From NCBI RefSeq assembly GCF_000022265.1, contig NC_011979.1, positions 4,140,001-4,172,000 of the forward strand: DNA of 32,000 nucleotides. Reading direction: 5' to 3'. Below, one piece after another: positions 16,523 to 25,575 of this stretch. This stretch comes from Geotalea daltonii FRC-32 (GTDB lineage: Bacteria > Desulfobacterota > Desulfuromonadia > Geobacterales > Geobacteraceae). The position numbers and the translations under genes were made by a program. Positions within the stretch are counted from its first letter, which is position 1. Each line of letters starts with the position of its first letter. The notes beneath the pieces are model-generated. The model saw only the letters and a program-made list of their open reading frames with translations. It was not told where the DNA came from and made no database searches.

Positions 16523-18433
16523 ATGAAACATCTCATTCTCGGCACTGCAGGACACATCGACCATGGCAAGACCTCGCTGGTCAAGGCTTTGACCGGCATC
16601 GACACTGACCGGCTCAAGGAAGAAAAGGCGCGTGGCATTACCATCGAGTTGGGCTTTGCCCATCTGGAACTGCCGGAAGGGATACAGTTCGGCATCGTCG
16701 ACGTTCCCGGCCATGAAAAGTTCGTCAGGGCCATGGTGGCCGGAGTCGGCGGCATGGACCTGGTGATGCTGGTCATTGCCGCCGATGAGGGGATTATGCC
16801 CCAGACCAGGGAACACCTGGAAATTTGCCAGCTCCTGGGGGTGAAGAAGGGGCTGGTGGCCCTGACCAAGACTGATATGGTGGACAGCGAATGGCTTGGT
16901 CTGGTGACGGAAGAGGTGCGGGAATACCTGTCCGGCAGCTTCCTGGAAGATGCGCCCATAGTCCCGGTTTCCTCGCGCACCGGTGCAGGACTTGATGAGC
17001 TGAAGGGGGAGCTGGCACGGCTGGCACTGGAGGTGGAGGAGAAGCGGCACGATGGCCCCTTTCGCCTGCCGGTAGACCGGGTCTTCACCGTGACCGGCTT
17101 TGGAACGGTTGTCACCGGAACGCTCCTTTCCGGTGAGATCCAGGTTGGGGATGAGGTTGAATTGCTGCCGGCCAGTCGCGAATGCAGAGTCCGCGGCATC
17201 CAGGCCCATGGCGCAAAAACCGACCGTGGTCTGGCCGGGCAAAGGCTAGCCGTAAACTTGCAGGGGGTTGATCACGACCAGGTTTTGCGGGGCGATGTGG
17301 TGGTGCCCAAGAACCTGTACCGGCCGACCCGGGTCGTGGACGTACGCCTCAACTACCTGAGTTCGGCACCGAGGGAGCTGAAGCATCGTGCCACCCTGCG
17401 TCTCCATTCGGCCACCTATGAGGTGCCGGCACAGGTCATTCTTCTGGATCGGGACACGCTCAAGCCGGGAGATACCGCCTGTGCACAGCTGCGTCTTGCC
17501 AATCCGGTACTGCTTCTTCCCGGTGACCCATTCGTCCTGCGAACCTATTCACCCCAGGCTACCCTTGGGGGTGGCAGCATCCTCGATCCGGATCCACCTC
17601 GCCGTCGCCGGCGTTCCGAAGAGGCCATTGCACTCCTTGAGGCCATTGAAGCGGGCAACGAGGCGGATAAGGTCAGGATGATGGTCGCCGCCAGTCTCCT
17701 GTCAGGCCTCCCTCTCAATGAAATCATCAACCGTACCGGCATGTCGGTAAAAAGAATCGATGCAGCTCTGGCAATCCTTCTTACCTCTGGAGACGTGCTG
17801 CAGGTGGTACGCGAACCCAGGATTTTTCTCGGCAAAGCTGCCTTCGAAGGGCTGAAGGCGAAGTTGATGGAGGAACTGCAGACCTATCTCCGCGACAATC
17901 CCATGAAAGACGGCATCAACAAGGAAGAACTCAAGTCTCGCATACCCAGGCGCAGTGACCCCCGTTTTTTCGGCCCGATCCTGGCTGCCCTTGAGAAGGA
18001 AGGAAAGGCGGTCTCGGAGCGGGATATTATCAGGCTGCCGGGACGCAAGGGGGAGGCAAGCATCGATCAGGCCGGCATCCAGGAAAAGATTGCGGCTGCC
18101 CTGCAGAAGGGTGCAATGGAGCCTCCCACCATAAAAGAATTATGCAATGACTGCAAATGCTCAGAGAAACAGGTACTTGAGCTTCTAAATCTCCTGGTGC
18201 GAGATCACAAAGCGGTGAAGATCAAAGGTGATGTTTTTTACGCACCTGATCCCATTGTGACAATACGGGAAAAGCTGACTGCATATCTCAAGGAAAAGGG
18301 GGAAATCGCCCCGCCTGAGTTCAGGGAACTTACCGGCCTTTCTCGGAAATTCATGATCCCTCTTCTGGAGTATTTTGATCAGGAAAAGCTGACCATCCGT
18401 GTTGGAGATAAGCGTGTCCTGCGCAAAGGTTAG
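16523..18433 (+). CDS. selB: Selenocysteine-specific translation elongation factor SelB
   Basis: 636 aa. GTPase motifs [14 protein letters not shown] and TKTD sit in an EF-Tu-like N-terminal half. The long C-terminal extension is typical of the SECIS-binding winged-helix domains. AAGAGGA lies upstream of the ATG. Confidence 0.93.
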   Translation: MKHLILGTAGHIDHGKTSLVKALTGIDTDRLKEEKARGITIELGFAHLELPEGIQFGIVDVPGHEKFVRAMVAGVGGMDLVMLVIAADEGIMPQTREHLEICQLLGVKKGLVALTKTDMVDSEWLGLVTEEVREYLSGSFLEDAPIVPVSSRTGAGLDELKGELARLALEVEEKRHDGPFRLPVDRVFTVTGFGTVVTGTLLSGEIQVGDEVELLPASRECRVRGIQAHGAKTDRGLAGQRLAVNLQGVDHDQVLRGDVVVPKNLYRPTRVVDVRLNYLSSAPRELKHRATLRLHSATYEVPAQVILLDRDTLKPGDTACAQLRLANPVLLLPGDPFVLRTYSPQATLGGGSILDPDPPRRRRRSEEAIALLEAIEAGNEADKVRMMVAASLLSGLPLNEIINRTGMSVKRIDAALAILLTSGDVLQVVREPRIFLGKAAFEGLKAKLMEELQTYLRDNPMKDGINKEELKSRIPRRSDPRFFGPILAALEKEGKAVSERDIIRLPGRKGEASIDQAGIQEKIAAALQKGAMEPPTIKELCNDCKCSEKQVLELLNLLVRDHKAVKIKGDVFYAPDPIVTIREKLTAYLKEKGEIAPPEFRELTGLSRKFMIPLLEYFDQEKLTIRVGDKRVLRKG

Positions 18434-18458
18434 CAGCCAACCTATCGAATGCTTTAAT

Positions 18459-18493
18459 AGCAAAATAATAGAACCCTGTTCTTTTTATTGCTA
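18459..18493 (+). terminator. Weak candidate terminator after selB
   Basis: An imperfect hairpin with core AGAAC-cct-GTTCT is followed by TTTTT, 26 nt after the selB stop. The stem is short and A+T-rich. Confidence 0.35.
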
Positions 18494-18569
18494 TTTTCCC
18501 CTTGCGGGCTCCCAATGCTTCATCTAATATGCAATGAGTTTCATATTTAAGTTTGTCAAGGAAAACAAT

Positions 18570-20279
18570 ATGGCTAGAAATCTCAGGTTCGGCTCCAGCT
18601 TTATCCGTTTTTCACTATTTTGCGGTTTTGTCGCTTCTTTGTCCGGTATTTACATCAGCATGAAGATGGATCGGTCAGCTTCAGCTTCTCATATATATGC
18701 CATTCTTGCCGGCGTTGCTTTCTCCGTGAATGCCCTGGTTGCTCTGACTGTGTTCCTGATGCTGGCCGCCCGAAAAATGGTCAAAAGGGTACATATTATA
18801 GCCGATGCCATGAACCGTGGGGCAGACGGGGACCTGACCGCCAGGGTGCAGGTGGATTCAGGGGACGAGCTCGGAATTCTCGGCAGCAGCTTCAATGTCA
18901 TGCTGCAAAATCTGTCGGGGATGGCTGGAAGGGTTAAGATTACCATCCACGAACTGAGCAGGATGGCTGTGGACATCAAGGAAGTTTCCAGGCGTGGGGT
19001 CACCGTCGCCGAAGTTCAGTCCCAAGGGGTCAAAGGGACGACCATTGCCGTCCAGGAGATTAATCAATCCATAAATGACGTTGCCCAGGGAGTGGAAAGC
19101 CTTTCCAGATCCTCGGCGGAAAATGCGTCATCCATCCTGGAGATGTCGGCCAGCATCGAAGAGGTGGCAAAGCATGTCGAGGCCCTTTTTGAGGCAGTCG
19201 AAGAGGTAAGCAGTTCCATCATAGAAATGGCATCTGCTGAGAAGGAGATTGGTCGCAGCGTCAACAGCCTCATGTCCGATTCCACGACTACGGCCAAGCT
19301 GGTGACGGAAATGGGAGACTCCATCAAGCAGGTGGAGAGGAATGCCCTGAATACAGCAGCCATTTCCGAAGAGGTGCGAAACGATGCCGAATCGGGGCGT
19401 GCTTCGGTGGAGGCGACCATTTCCGGAATCGAAGAAATCCGCCGCGCTTCCCGGACCTCCTTTGAATCCATAGAGAATCTAGCAATGCGGGCGGGCAACA
19501 TCGGCAAAATTATCCAGGTGATAGACGAAATCGCCGAACAGACCAACCTGCTGGCTCTCAATGCTTCGATCATCGCTGCCCAGGCCGGCGAGCACGGCAA
19601 GGGATTTGCCGTCGTTGCCGGAGAGATAAAAGAACTTGCCCAGCGTACCGGCAATTCCACCAGGGAAATCACGGATATCATCAAAGGGGTCCAGGAAGAG
19701 ACCCAGCGGGCTGTAAAGGCATTCAACCTTGCTGAGCAGCGCATCGGTGAAGGTGAGAAGCTTTCCCAGCGTTCTGGGGAAATGCTGGAAAAAATCGTCT
19801 CCGGAGCCCAGATGGCTACGGAACAGGTAAACCAGATCGCCCGGACGACGGTGGAACAGTCCCAGGGGAGCCAAGAAATCAGCGGGGCAATGGACCGGGT
19901 TGCCGACATGGTCAAGCAGATTGCCAAGGCCACCAGGGAACAGGGCAAGGGGAGCGAGCTGATCATGTCTGCCGCAGAGCGCATGAAAACCCTGACCAGC
20001 CAGGTTAAATCATCCTCTCAGGAACAAAGCAGCTCAAGTAGCCTTATTGTCCGCTCGACTGAGGGTATCTCCTCTATGATAGAAAACATCAAAAAAGCAT
20101 GCGGAATGCAGGCGGAAAGCAGTTGTCGTATCGTTCAGGCAATTGAAGATATCGCCGAGTCCACGAAAACGACAGTGGATGCCACCAGAGTAATGGATGG
20201 CGTTGCTGCGGGTCTTTCCCAGCAGATAGGGGTCCTGAGCAAGGAAATGTCGATCTTTAAAATAGAATCGGGAAAATAA
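18570..20279 (+). CDS. Methyl-accepting chemotaxis protein: two TM helices, HAMP domain and an unusually long signalling domain
   Basis: It carries the conserved hairpin-tip region [38 protein letters not shown] and a HAMP-like segment ([30 protein letters not shown]). I prefer ATG 18570 (AAGGA about 7 nt upstream). The track's ATG 18534 has no RBS and overlaps a TAATAT -10-like box. Confidence 0.9.
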   Translation: MARNLRFGSSFIRFSLFCGFVASLSGIYISMKMDRSASASHIYAILAGVAFSVNALVALTVFLMLAARKMVKRVHIIADAMNRGADGDLTARVQVDSGDELGILGSSFNVMLQNLSGMAGRVKITIHELSRMAVDIKEVSRRGVTVAEVQSQGVKGTTIAVQEINQSINDVAQGVESLSRSSAENASSILEMSASIEEVAKHVEALFEAVEEVSSSIIEMASAEKEIGRSVNSLMSDSTTTAKLVTEMGDSIKQVERNALNTAAISEEVRNDAESGRASVEATISGIEEIRRASRTSFESIENLAMRAGNIGKIIQVIDEIAEQTNLLALNASIIAAQAGEHGKGFAVVAGEIKELAQRTGNSTREITDIIKGVQEETQRAVKAFNLAEQRIGEGEKLSQRSGEMLEKIVSGAQMATEQVNQIARTTVEQSQGSQEISGAMDRVADMVKQIAKATREQGKGSELIMSAAERMKTLTSQVKSSSQEQSSSSSLIVRSTEGISSMIENIKKACGMQAESSCRIVQAIEDIAESTKTTVDATRVMDGVAAGLSQQIGVLSKEMSIFKIESGK

Positions 20280-20293
20280 TTATAATCAATTCA

Positions 20294-20321
20294 TTGACAA
20301 ATACGAGCTTAGTGTTATAAA
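20294..20321 (+). promoter_or_regulatory. Sigma-70-type promoter candidate for the response-regulator gene
   Basis: TTGACA (20294-20299), a 16-nt spacer, then TATAAA (20316-20321), about 110 nt upstream of ATG 20434. This is a motif match only. Confidence 0.4.
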
Positions 20322-20433
20322 AGGTACTTCAGCTAATTATATCAGAAGGTTAGTAGATCGGCATGCCTGGGAGGTGCCCCCCACAAGGAACTATTCCGTA
20401 ATAAACTACTCGAATCTGGCAACGGAGGTTTTA

Positions 20434-20892
20434 ATGTACGAGCATCATGTTATGGTGGTTGAAGATAATCCTGATGATGAACTCCTTACCTTGAGGGCCC
20501 TCAAGAAATGCAATATCCGTAACGTGGTAGTGACCCGTGACGGAGCAGAAGCCCTTGATTATTTATTTTCAGCTGTCGATGCCGATGGCCTTTCCGTCAA
20601 GGTGAAACCAAGCTTCATTCTGCTTGACCTCAAGCTGCCCAAGATAGATGGTCTGCAATGCCTGCTGGCAATCAGAGCTGATGAAAGGACCAAGGACATC
20701 CCTGTTATTATTGTCACCTCTTCCAAAGATGATAAGGATGTTAACCGTTGCCGGACCCTCAGGGTTAAAGGCTACCTTAACAAGCCTCTGGATGCCAGAG
20801 AACTAGCCGAAACACTGCAGGAACTGGGGTTCCAGATAAACTTGCCCAGCAGCATCCCAGCTCCGGCTCCACGGCCATCATCCCTGATCTGA
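20434..20892 (+). CDS. Stand-alone CheY-like response-regulator receiver protein with Pro-rich C-terminal tail
   Basis: Receiver signature: VEDNPDDE acidic pocket, ILLDLKLPKIDG phospho-acceptor Asp, VTSS, and KP. ATG 20434 is preceded by GGAGG. The track's upstream start at 20374 lacks an RBS. Confidence 0.9.
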   Translation: MYEHHVMVVEDNPDDELLTLRALKKCNIRNVVVTRDGAEALDYLFSAVDADGLSVKVKPSFILLDLKLPKIDGLQCLLAIRADERTKDIPVIIVTSSKDDKDVNRCRTLRVKGYLNKPLDARELAETLQELGFQINLPSSIPAPAPRPSSLI

Positions 20893-20895
20893 CCG

Positions 20896-21390
20896 TCACC
20901 TGGGGGGGGCGGCGCAATCCCTGGTACTACCCTGGATTTTTTCCACAGCATGCGGTACCGCCGGCCAAACAGCTTCAATATTCTCCACAGCCCCTTTCGG
21001 GCTGCCGGGCAGATTGATGATCAGGCTCCTGCCCCGGATGCCGGCTATGGCTCGCGAAATCATGGCATGCGGCGTCTTTTCCAGGCTTCTTGCCCGCATT
21101 ACCTCACCAAAACCGGGTATGACACGGTCCAAAACAGCCATGGTTGCTTCGGGAGTCACATCCCGTGGCGAAACGCCTGTTCCTCCTGTGGTCAGAATCA
21201 GGTCAACCCCACCGCTGTCCGCCCATTCCTTCAATATGGACACAATTTCTTCATGCTCATCGGCAACAATGGCGCTTTTAACAATGGCTACCTCATGTGC
21301 CGCCAACCAGTTCTGCAGCGCCGGCCCACTGCCGTCTTCACGTTCTCCGCGGGCGCCCTTGTCGCTTAAAGTCAAAACTGCCGCCTTCAT
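20896..21390 (-). CDS. mogA: Molybdopterin adenylyltransferase / molybdenum cofactor biosynthesis protein (MogA/MoaB family)
   Basis: 164 aa with LSDKGARGEREDGSGPAL, LTTGGTGVSPRDVTPEAT, PGFGEVMR and INLPGSPKG, which closely parallel E. coli MogA motifs as I recall them. AGGAGG lies upstream of the ATG. Confidence 0.88.
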   Translation of the reverse strand: MKAAVLTLSDKGARGEREDGSGPALQNWLAAHEVAIVKSAIVADEHEEIVSILKEWADSGGVDLILTTGGTGVSPRDVTPEATMAVLDRVIPGFGEVMRARSLEKTPHAMISRAIAGIRGRSLIINLPGSPKGAVENIEAVWPAVPHAVEKIQGSTRDCAAPPR

Positions 21391-21579
21391 TCACGCCTCC
21401 TAAGCTGATTCTTTTATCTTCTTGTGATACCATAACACGCCCTGAAGGTAAGTCTCAAGCACCGTTTATGACGAAATGGAAGGGCTATTCAAATCGGTGA
21501 TGCGACAATAGCGACCGGGGAAATATGGTAAAATTATCAAGGGCAGAATCAGCTGTCGCCCTCTGAAAGGTATTCATCG

Positions 21580-22296
21580 ATGAATCTTTTAAGCATAAGC
21601 GAAACTCTGGCAGAAAAGCTTGACCGGCTGGAATTCTCCCGTCCGGTTGCCCATGTGTACAACCCGTTGCGTTATGCCTGGCGGCCACACCGGGAGTACC
21701 TGAACCGCTATGGAGGAACAGGGAAGAAAGCGGTGCTGGTCGGGATGAATCCCGGGCCGTGGGGCATGACCCAGACCGGTGTGCCGTTTGGCGAGGTGGC
21801 GGTGGTGCGGGACTGGCTGAGAATAGCCGATCCTGTAGAAAGGCCAGGTCTTGAACACCCCAAAAAGCCGGTCCAGGGTCTGAACTGCCCCCGCAGTGAG
21901 GTGAGCGGCAAGCGTCTATGGGGCATGATCCGTGAGCGCTTTGAGACACCTGCACAGTTTTTCAAGGATTACCTGGTCCTTAACTATTGTCCGCTGCTCT
22001 TTCTCGATGCCCAGGGGACCAACCTGACCCCGGACAAGCTTCCGAGTGTGGAACGTCATGCGCTTGAGGATGCCTGCAACGGGGCATTTCGTCATATGAT
22101 CGAATATCTCAAACCTGAATTTGTTGTAGGGGTTGGTAATTTTGCTGCAATTCAGGCAGAAACCGCTTTACAGGGGCTGCCGGTAAACGTAACCAAGATC
22201 CTCCACCCAAGCCCCTCCAGTCCGGCTGCGAACCGGGGATGGAGTGAGGTTGCACTACGGCAGCTGTCTGAAGCGGGGATTGGATTCCAGCCGTAG
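21580..22296 (+). CDS. SMUG1-family (family 3) uracil-DNA glycosylase
   Basis: It has the GMNPGPWGMTQTGVPF motif and the C-terminal HPSPSSPAANRGW motif characteristic of SMUG-type UDGs. 238 aa. Confidence 0.85.
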   Translation: MNLLSISETLAEKLDRLEFSRPVAHVYNPLRYAWRPHREYLNRYGGTGKKAVLVGMNPGPWGMTQTGVPFGEVAVVRDWLRIADPVERPGLEHPKKPVQGLNCPRSEVSGKRLWGMIRERFETPAQFFKDYLVLNYCPLLFLDAQGTNLTPDKLPSVERHALEDACNGAFRHMIEYLKPEFVVGVGNFAAIQAETALQGLPVNVTKILHPSPSSPAANRGWSEVALRQLSEAGIGFQP

Positions 22297-22329
22297 CTAC
22301 CTTGTTTATATGCCTGTCCAGAGGTGACC

Positions 22330-22944
22330 ATGATAATTGAGCTTCATTGTCACACGAAGGAACATTCCCCCTGCAGCAGGGTACCAGCCATGGAGCTTGC
22401 TGCCGCTGTCAGGCACAGGGGGAGCGACGGCCTGGTCATCACCGACCACCATTATATGTGGCCGACAGAGGAACTTGCAGAATTGAAAAGAGAAAACCGC
22501 TTGCCTGGCAACTTCATGATCCTGTCAGGCCAGGAGGTACTTACAGCCGATTTTGGTGACGTGCTCGTTTATGGAGCTGCCAGATCCATCCCCCATGGCA
22601 TGTCCCTTGCCGCACTGAGGAAAAATCATCCCCATGTGGCACTGGTCTGGGCCCATCCTTACCGTTACGGCCATCTTCCAACCGCTGTGGAGCTTATGAA
22701 TACAGATTTTGACGCCATAGAAATTGTCAATCCTCACCACAGCGAAGAGGAAAATTACCGAGCCGTTTCGGACTGGCAGCGGTGGAAATACCGGGCCAGC
22801 AGCGGTTCCGATATTCACAGAATCGACTTCAGCGAATTCTATCCGGTACAGTTTGACTGCCAGATAGGAAGGATCGAAGAGTTGGTAGCCTGCATAAAAG
22901 CAGGCCGAATTTCTCCCCGGATCGGCAAATACGCTGAACACTGA
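22330..22944 (+). CDS. PHP (polymerase/histidinol-phosphatase) domain metal-dependent phosphoesterase
   Basis: N-terminal IELHCHTKEHSPCS and VITDHH His-rich motifs. I prefer ATG 22330 (AGAGG upstream) over GTG 22324. It lies 34 nt downstream of the UDG gene on the same strand. Confidence 0.8.
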   Translation: MIIELHCHTKEHSPCSRVPAMELAAAVRHRGSDGLVITDHHYMWPTEELAELKRENRLPGNFMILSGQEVLTADFGDVLVYGAARSIPHGMSLAALRKNHPHVALVWAHPYRYGHLPTAVELMNTDFDAIEIVNPHHSEEENYRAVSDWQRWKYRASSGSDIHRIDFSEFYPVQFDCQIGRIEELVACIKAGRISPRIGKYAEH

Positions 22945-23000
22945 TAAAGAAGTTTCCTTCTGCTCGTAGAAAATTTTGTCGAATCAGAAAAAAATCCCCC

Positions 23001-23042
23001 TATGAAAAAAGAAGGGCCAGGGTATTGTCATATGCCCTGGCC
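23001..23042 (-). terminator. Rho-independent terminator for the 116-aa orphan gene
   Basis: The stem is GGCCAGGG/CCCTGGCC (23015-23042) with an 11-12-nt loop. On the minus strand it is followed by CTTCTTTTTTCA. It lies 27 nt downstream of the stop at 23069. Confidence 0.6.
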
Positions 23043-23068
23043 ACAGTGTCTTTCCCTGGAATTGCCAA

Positions 23069-23419
23069 TCATGAGTCGACCGGGTTGCCCCGTGTTTCGG
23101 CATCCAGTATGGTCAGCAGGTTTTCCGGGGTGAAACTGCAGACATCCTCTTTGCCCTTGTGAGCCCATTTGATCCGGTCGCCCCCGGTATCGTGCACCAG
23201 ATTAACCCGCGTGCCACCGACCTTTTTCACCACCGACCACATGTCCTCCATGCTCAACAAGTCAAGGCCGCCGATTTCCTCGGTGCCTGAGCTCTCGGCT
23301 TCGAAGCGTTCAATCAGGTCGTAGTCGAGGAAATCCTCCTCTTTGCGCCACCACCTTACAAACCGATCTTTTTCGGTACGCCGTTCCTTCACTGCTTTTA
23401 CAGCTTCCAGTCCTGTCAT
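23069..23419 (-). CDS. Hypothetical acidic protein (116 aa), no family recognised
   Basis: It has a strong RBS (AAGGAGGTG) upstream of ATG 23419 and its own terminator. Its non-repetitive, charged composition looks like real coding sequence. I recognise no motif. Confidence 0.65.
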   Translation of the reverse strand: MTGLEAVKAVKERRTEKDRFVRWWRKEEDFLDYDLIERFEAESSGTEEIGGLDLLSMEDMWSVVKKVGGTRVNLVHDTGGDRIKWAHKGKEDVCSFTPENLLTILDAETRGNPVDS

Positions 23420-23638
23420 GGCACACCTCCTTGCCCATTGTCATCATTTCCGGGGATTTTCATCCCCACCTGAATTAATTATACTCCCGTCTCGGCCAAG
23501 GGATATCCTTTAATTGCGATTTCTGCAGCTTGAATTTGGACAGGACATGGTGGCGAAGAAAGGACGGAAATATCCTGAGATTTCAATTGAATTCATTAAT
23601 CTGATGTTGTAGCCTAATCAGATGCTGCGAACGCCAGT

Positions 23639-23668
23639 TAACGGGGCAAAAGCAAATCTGCCCCGTTA
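23639..23668. other. Perfect 10-bp-stem hairpin / palindrome in the 338-bp divergent intergenic region
   Basis: The sequence is TAACGGGGCA-aaagcaaatc-TGCCCCGTTA. There is no flanking U-tract on either strand, so it does not look like a classical terminator. It lies about 90 nt upstream of the SPFH gene start. Confidence 0.4.
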
Positions 23669-23757
23669 CAGTCAGCAGATCTAGTTCCAGCAGTCGCTGG
23701 TTCCCGGCAGTATCGAGAACTAAGCCATTGCCTATTACCAAGTATCAGGGGGAAACC

Positions 23758-24861
23758 ATGACATTGTGGGAAAAAGCCAAAGCAGAATTCATCGACATCA
23801 TTGAGTGGATTGACGATTCGAGCGACACCATGGTCTGGCGGTTCCCTCGCTATGAGAACGAGATCAAGTATGGGGCTCAGCTGGTGGTCAGGCAGGCCCA
23901 GGCGGCGGTCTTCGTCGACAGGGGAGAGATTGCCGATGTATTTACGCCTGGACAGTACCGGCTGGAAACGCAAAACCTACCCGTGCTGAGCACCCTGAGG
24001 GGCTGGAAATACGGCTTCCAAAGCCCGTTCAAGGCCGAAGTTTATTTCGTCAACGTCAGAAGCTTTACCAACCTGAAATGGGGCACCAAAAACCCGGTCA
24101 TGCTCCGGGACCCTGAATTCGGCCCGGTACGCCTCAGGGCCTACGGCACCTACGTGGTTCGGGCCAGCGATCCGGCAAAATTCATCAGGGAGATTGTCGG
24201 CACCAGCGGGCATTTCACCCTCAACGATGTATCGGACCAGCTGCGAAACCTTATCGTGACAAGATTCTCGGACATGCTTGGCGAGCACCGCATACCCGTT
24301 CTTGATCTGGCCGCCAGATACAATGAACTCTCACTTTATCTCACGGAAAAGGTTGCTCCCGAATTCAATGAATACGGGCTGGAAGTGACCAAGCTCCTGG
24401 TGGAGAACATTTCCCTGCCGCCAGAGGTTGAGGAGGCGCTGGATAAAAAGAGCAGCATGGGCATCATCGGCAACCTGGACGACTTTACCCGCTTCCAGAC
24501 CGCCAACGCCATGGAGGCCGCGGCACAAAACCCGGGGGGCGATGCCTCGGCAGGCATAGGTATGGGCATGGGCTTTGCCATGGCCAACCAGATGGGAAAA
24601 GCGGTCGCCGCTCCCCAGGCAGCGGCGCAGACTGTCCCGCCCCCCCTTCCTGAAGCAGAGAGCTGCAAGTACTACGTAGGAAAAAATGGTAAGCAGGCCG
24701 GGCCATTCGATGGGGATGCCATCATCGCCTACATAAGAAAGGGCTCCATCACCAGGGAAACCCTGATGTGGAAAGAGGGGATGGACAAGTGGCAACCAGC
24801 TGAATTATTTCCCGAGTTTGCCGGCGAAATGAAAGCAACCCCGCCACCTCTGTTCGAATAA
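23758..24861 (+). CDS. SPFH/band-7 (COG4260-type) protein with C-terminal GYF_2 (DUF4339) domain
   Basis: The N-terminus WEKAKAEFIDIIEW..D....MVWRFP and the body are typical of the virion-core-like SPFH subgroup. A low-complexity Ala/Gly/Met/Pro linker follows. The C-terminal YYVGKNGKQAGPFDGDAII.YI..G.I...TLMWKEGMDKWQPA matches the GYF_2 pattern. ATG 23758 follows GGGGGA. Confidence 0.88.
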   Translation: MTLWEKAKAEFIDIIEWIDDSSDTMVWRFPRYENEIKYGAQLVVRQAQAAVFVDRGEIADVFTPGQYRLETQNLPVLSTLRGWKYGFQSPFKAEVYFVNVRSFTNLKWGTKNPVMLRDPEFGPVRLRAYGTYVVRASDPAKFIREIVGTSGHFTLNDVSDQLRNLIVTRFSDMLGEHRIPVLDLAARYNELSLYLTEKVAPEFNEYGLEVTKLLVENISLPPEVEEALDKKSSMGIIGNLDDFTRFQTANAMEAAAQNPGGDASAGIGMGMGFAMANQMGKAVAAPQAAAQTVPPPLPEAESCKYYVGKNGKQAGPFDGDAIIAYIRKGSITRETLMWKEGMDKWQPAELFPEFAGEMKATPPPLFE

Positions 24862-24875
24862 GGGAGAAACACAGC

Positions 24876-25571
24876 ATGGCCAACTGTTCCAACTGCTCTG
24901 CACCACTGCTGTCAGGTTCGATCAAATGCGAATACTGCGGTAGCCGCAACGATATCGATCTCAAAGGCATCAATTACTACACGACCAACGAGCCCGATTC
25001 GGAACGGATCTGTCCGCGATGCAACATAAGGCTCAAGACCATTGACCTGAAGGTCGAAGGGAAATTCCTCGTCGAAAGATGTGATGAGTGCCTGGGGCTG
25101 TTCTTTGATCCGGGGGAACTGGAAGCGCTTCTCCAGGCAACGGTGACCAATGTCTTTGCCATCGACCGAAGCAGGCTGAATGCCATCAATGCAACCAGAA
25201 GAGCCGAAAACTACGCCATCACCTACCTCAAGTGCCCCATCTGCAGCACAATGATGAACCGGGTCAACTTCGGCGCCAAGAGCGGAGTCGTCGTCGATAT
25301 CTGCAAAGACCACGGCGTCTGGCTCGACGGCGGGGAGCTGCGGCATCTGGCCGAATGGATGAAGGCCGGCGGCAAACTGCTCGACCAGGAGCGTCAGGAA
25401 GAGCGGAAAAGGCAAGAGGCTGAAGCCCAGCTGGAACTGCTGAAGCAACGTTCCAAATCGTCGACCGGCGGAGAATTCAGCGAGTATGGCGGCTTCAGAA
25501 ACTATGATGGCAATGATACTGATGATCTTTTCGAGCTGCTGAAAAAAGCTGTTATCTTCTTTACCAGGTAG
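24876..25571 (+). CDS. Zinc-ribbon protein with N-terminal CxxC ribbon plus two zf-TFIIB-type domains
   Basis: CSNCSAPL...CEYCGS is followed by CPRCN...ERCDECLGLFFDPGELE and CPICS...DICKDHGVWLDGGELRHL. These have the CPxC...C..C.G.W.D.GEL pattern of PF13453-type domains. The C-terminus is a charged coiled coil. The gene starts 14 nt after the SPFH gene. Confidence 0.85.
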   Translation: MANCSNCSAPLLSGSIKCEYCGSRNDIDLKGINYYTTNEPDSERICPRCNIRLKTIDLKVEGKFLVERCDECLGLFFDPGELEALLQATVTNVFAIDRSRLNAINATRRAENYAITYLKCPICSTMMNRVNFGAKSGVVVDICKDHGVWLDGGELRHLAEWMKAGGKLLDQERQEERKRQEAEAQLELLKQRSKSSTGGEFSEYGGFRNYDGNDTDDLFELLKKAVIFFTR

Positions 25572-25575
25572 ACAA

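Noticed and set aside
16450-17242. Two overlapping minus-strand ORFs (249 and 257 aa)
   Set aside because: Both are antisense to selB. They are Ser/Pro/Arg-rich and low-complexity, with no RBS and no motif.
19064-19984. 306-aa minus-strand ORF
   Set aside because: It is antisense to the MCP signalling domain. It has the Ser/Ala/Ile-rich mirror composition typical of the reverse frame of coiled-coil genes.
20889-20899. Convergent response-regulator and mogA genes separated by only 3 bp without a terminator
   Set aside because: This is real in the sequence, but convergent stop-to-stop packing is common in compact genomes. Nothing here points to a specific function.
21391-21579. Molybdenum-cofactor riboswitch in the mogA leader
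   Set aside because: I could not recognise the conserved Moco-motif helices by eye. Only a strong AGGAGG RBS is evident. A covariance-model scan (Rfam Moco_RNA_motif) would be needed.
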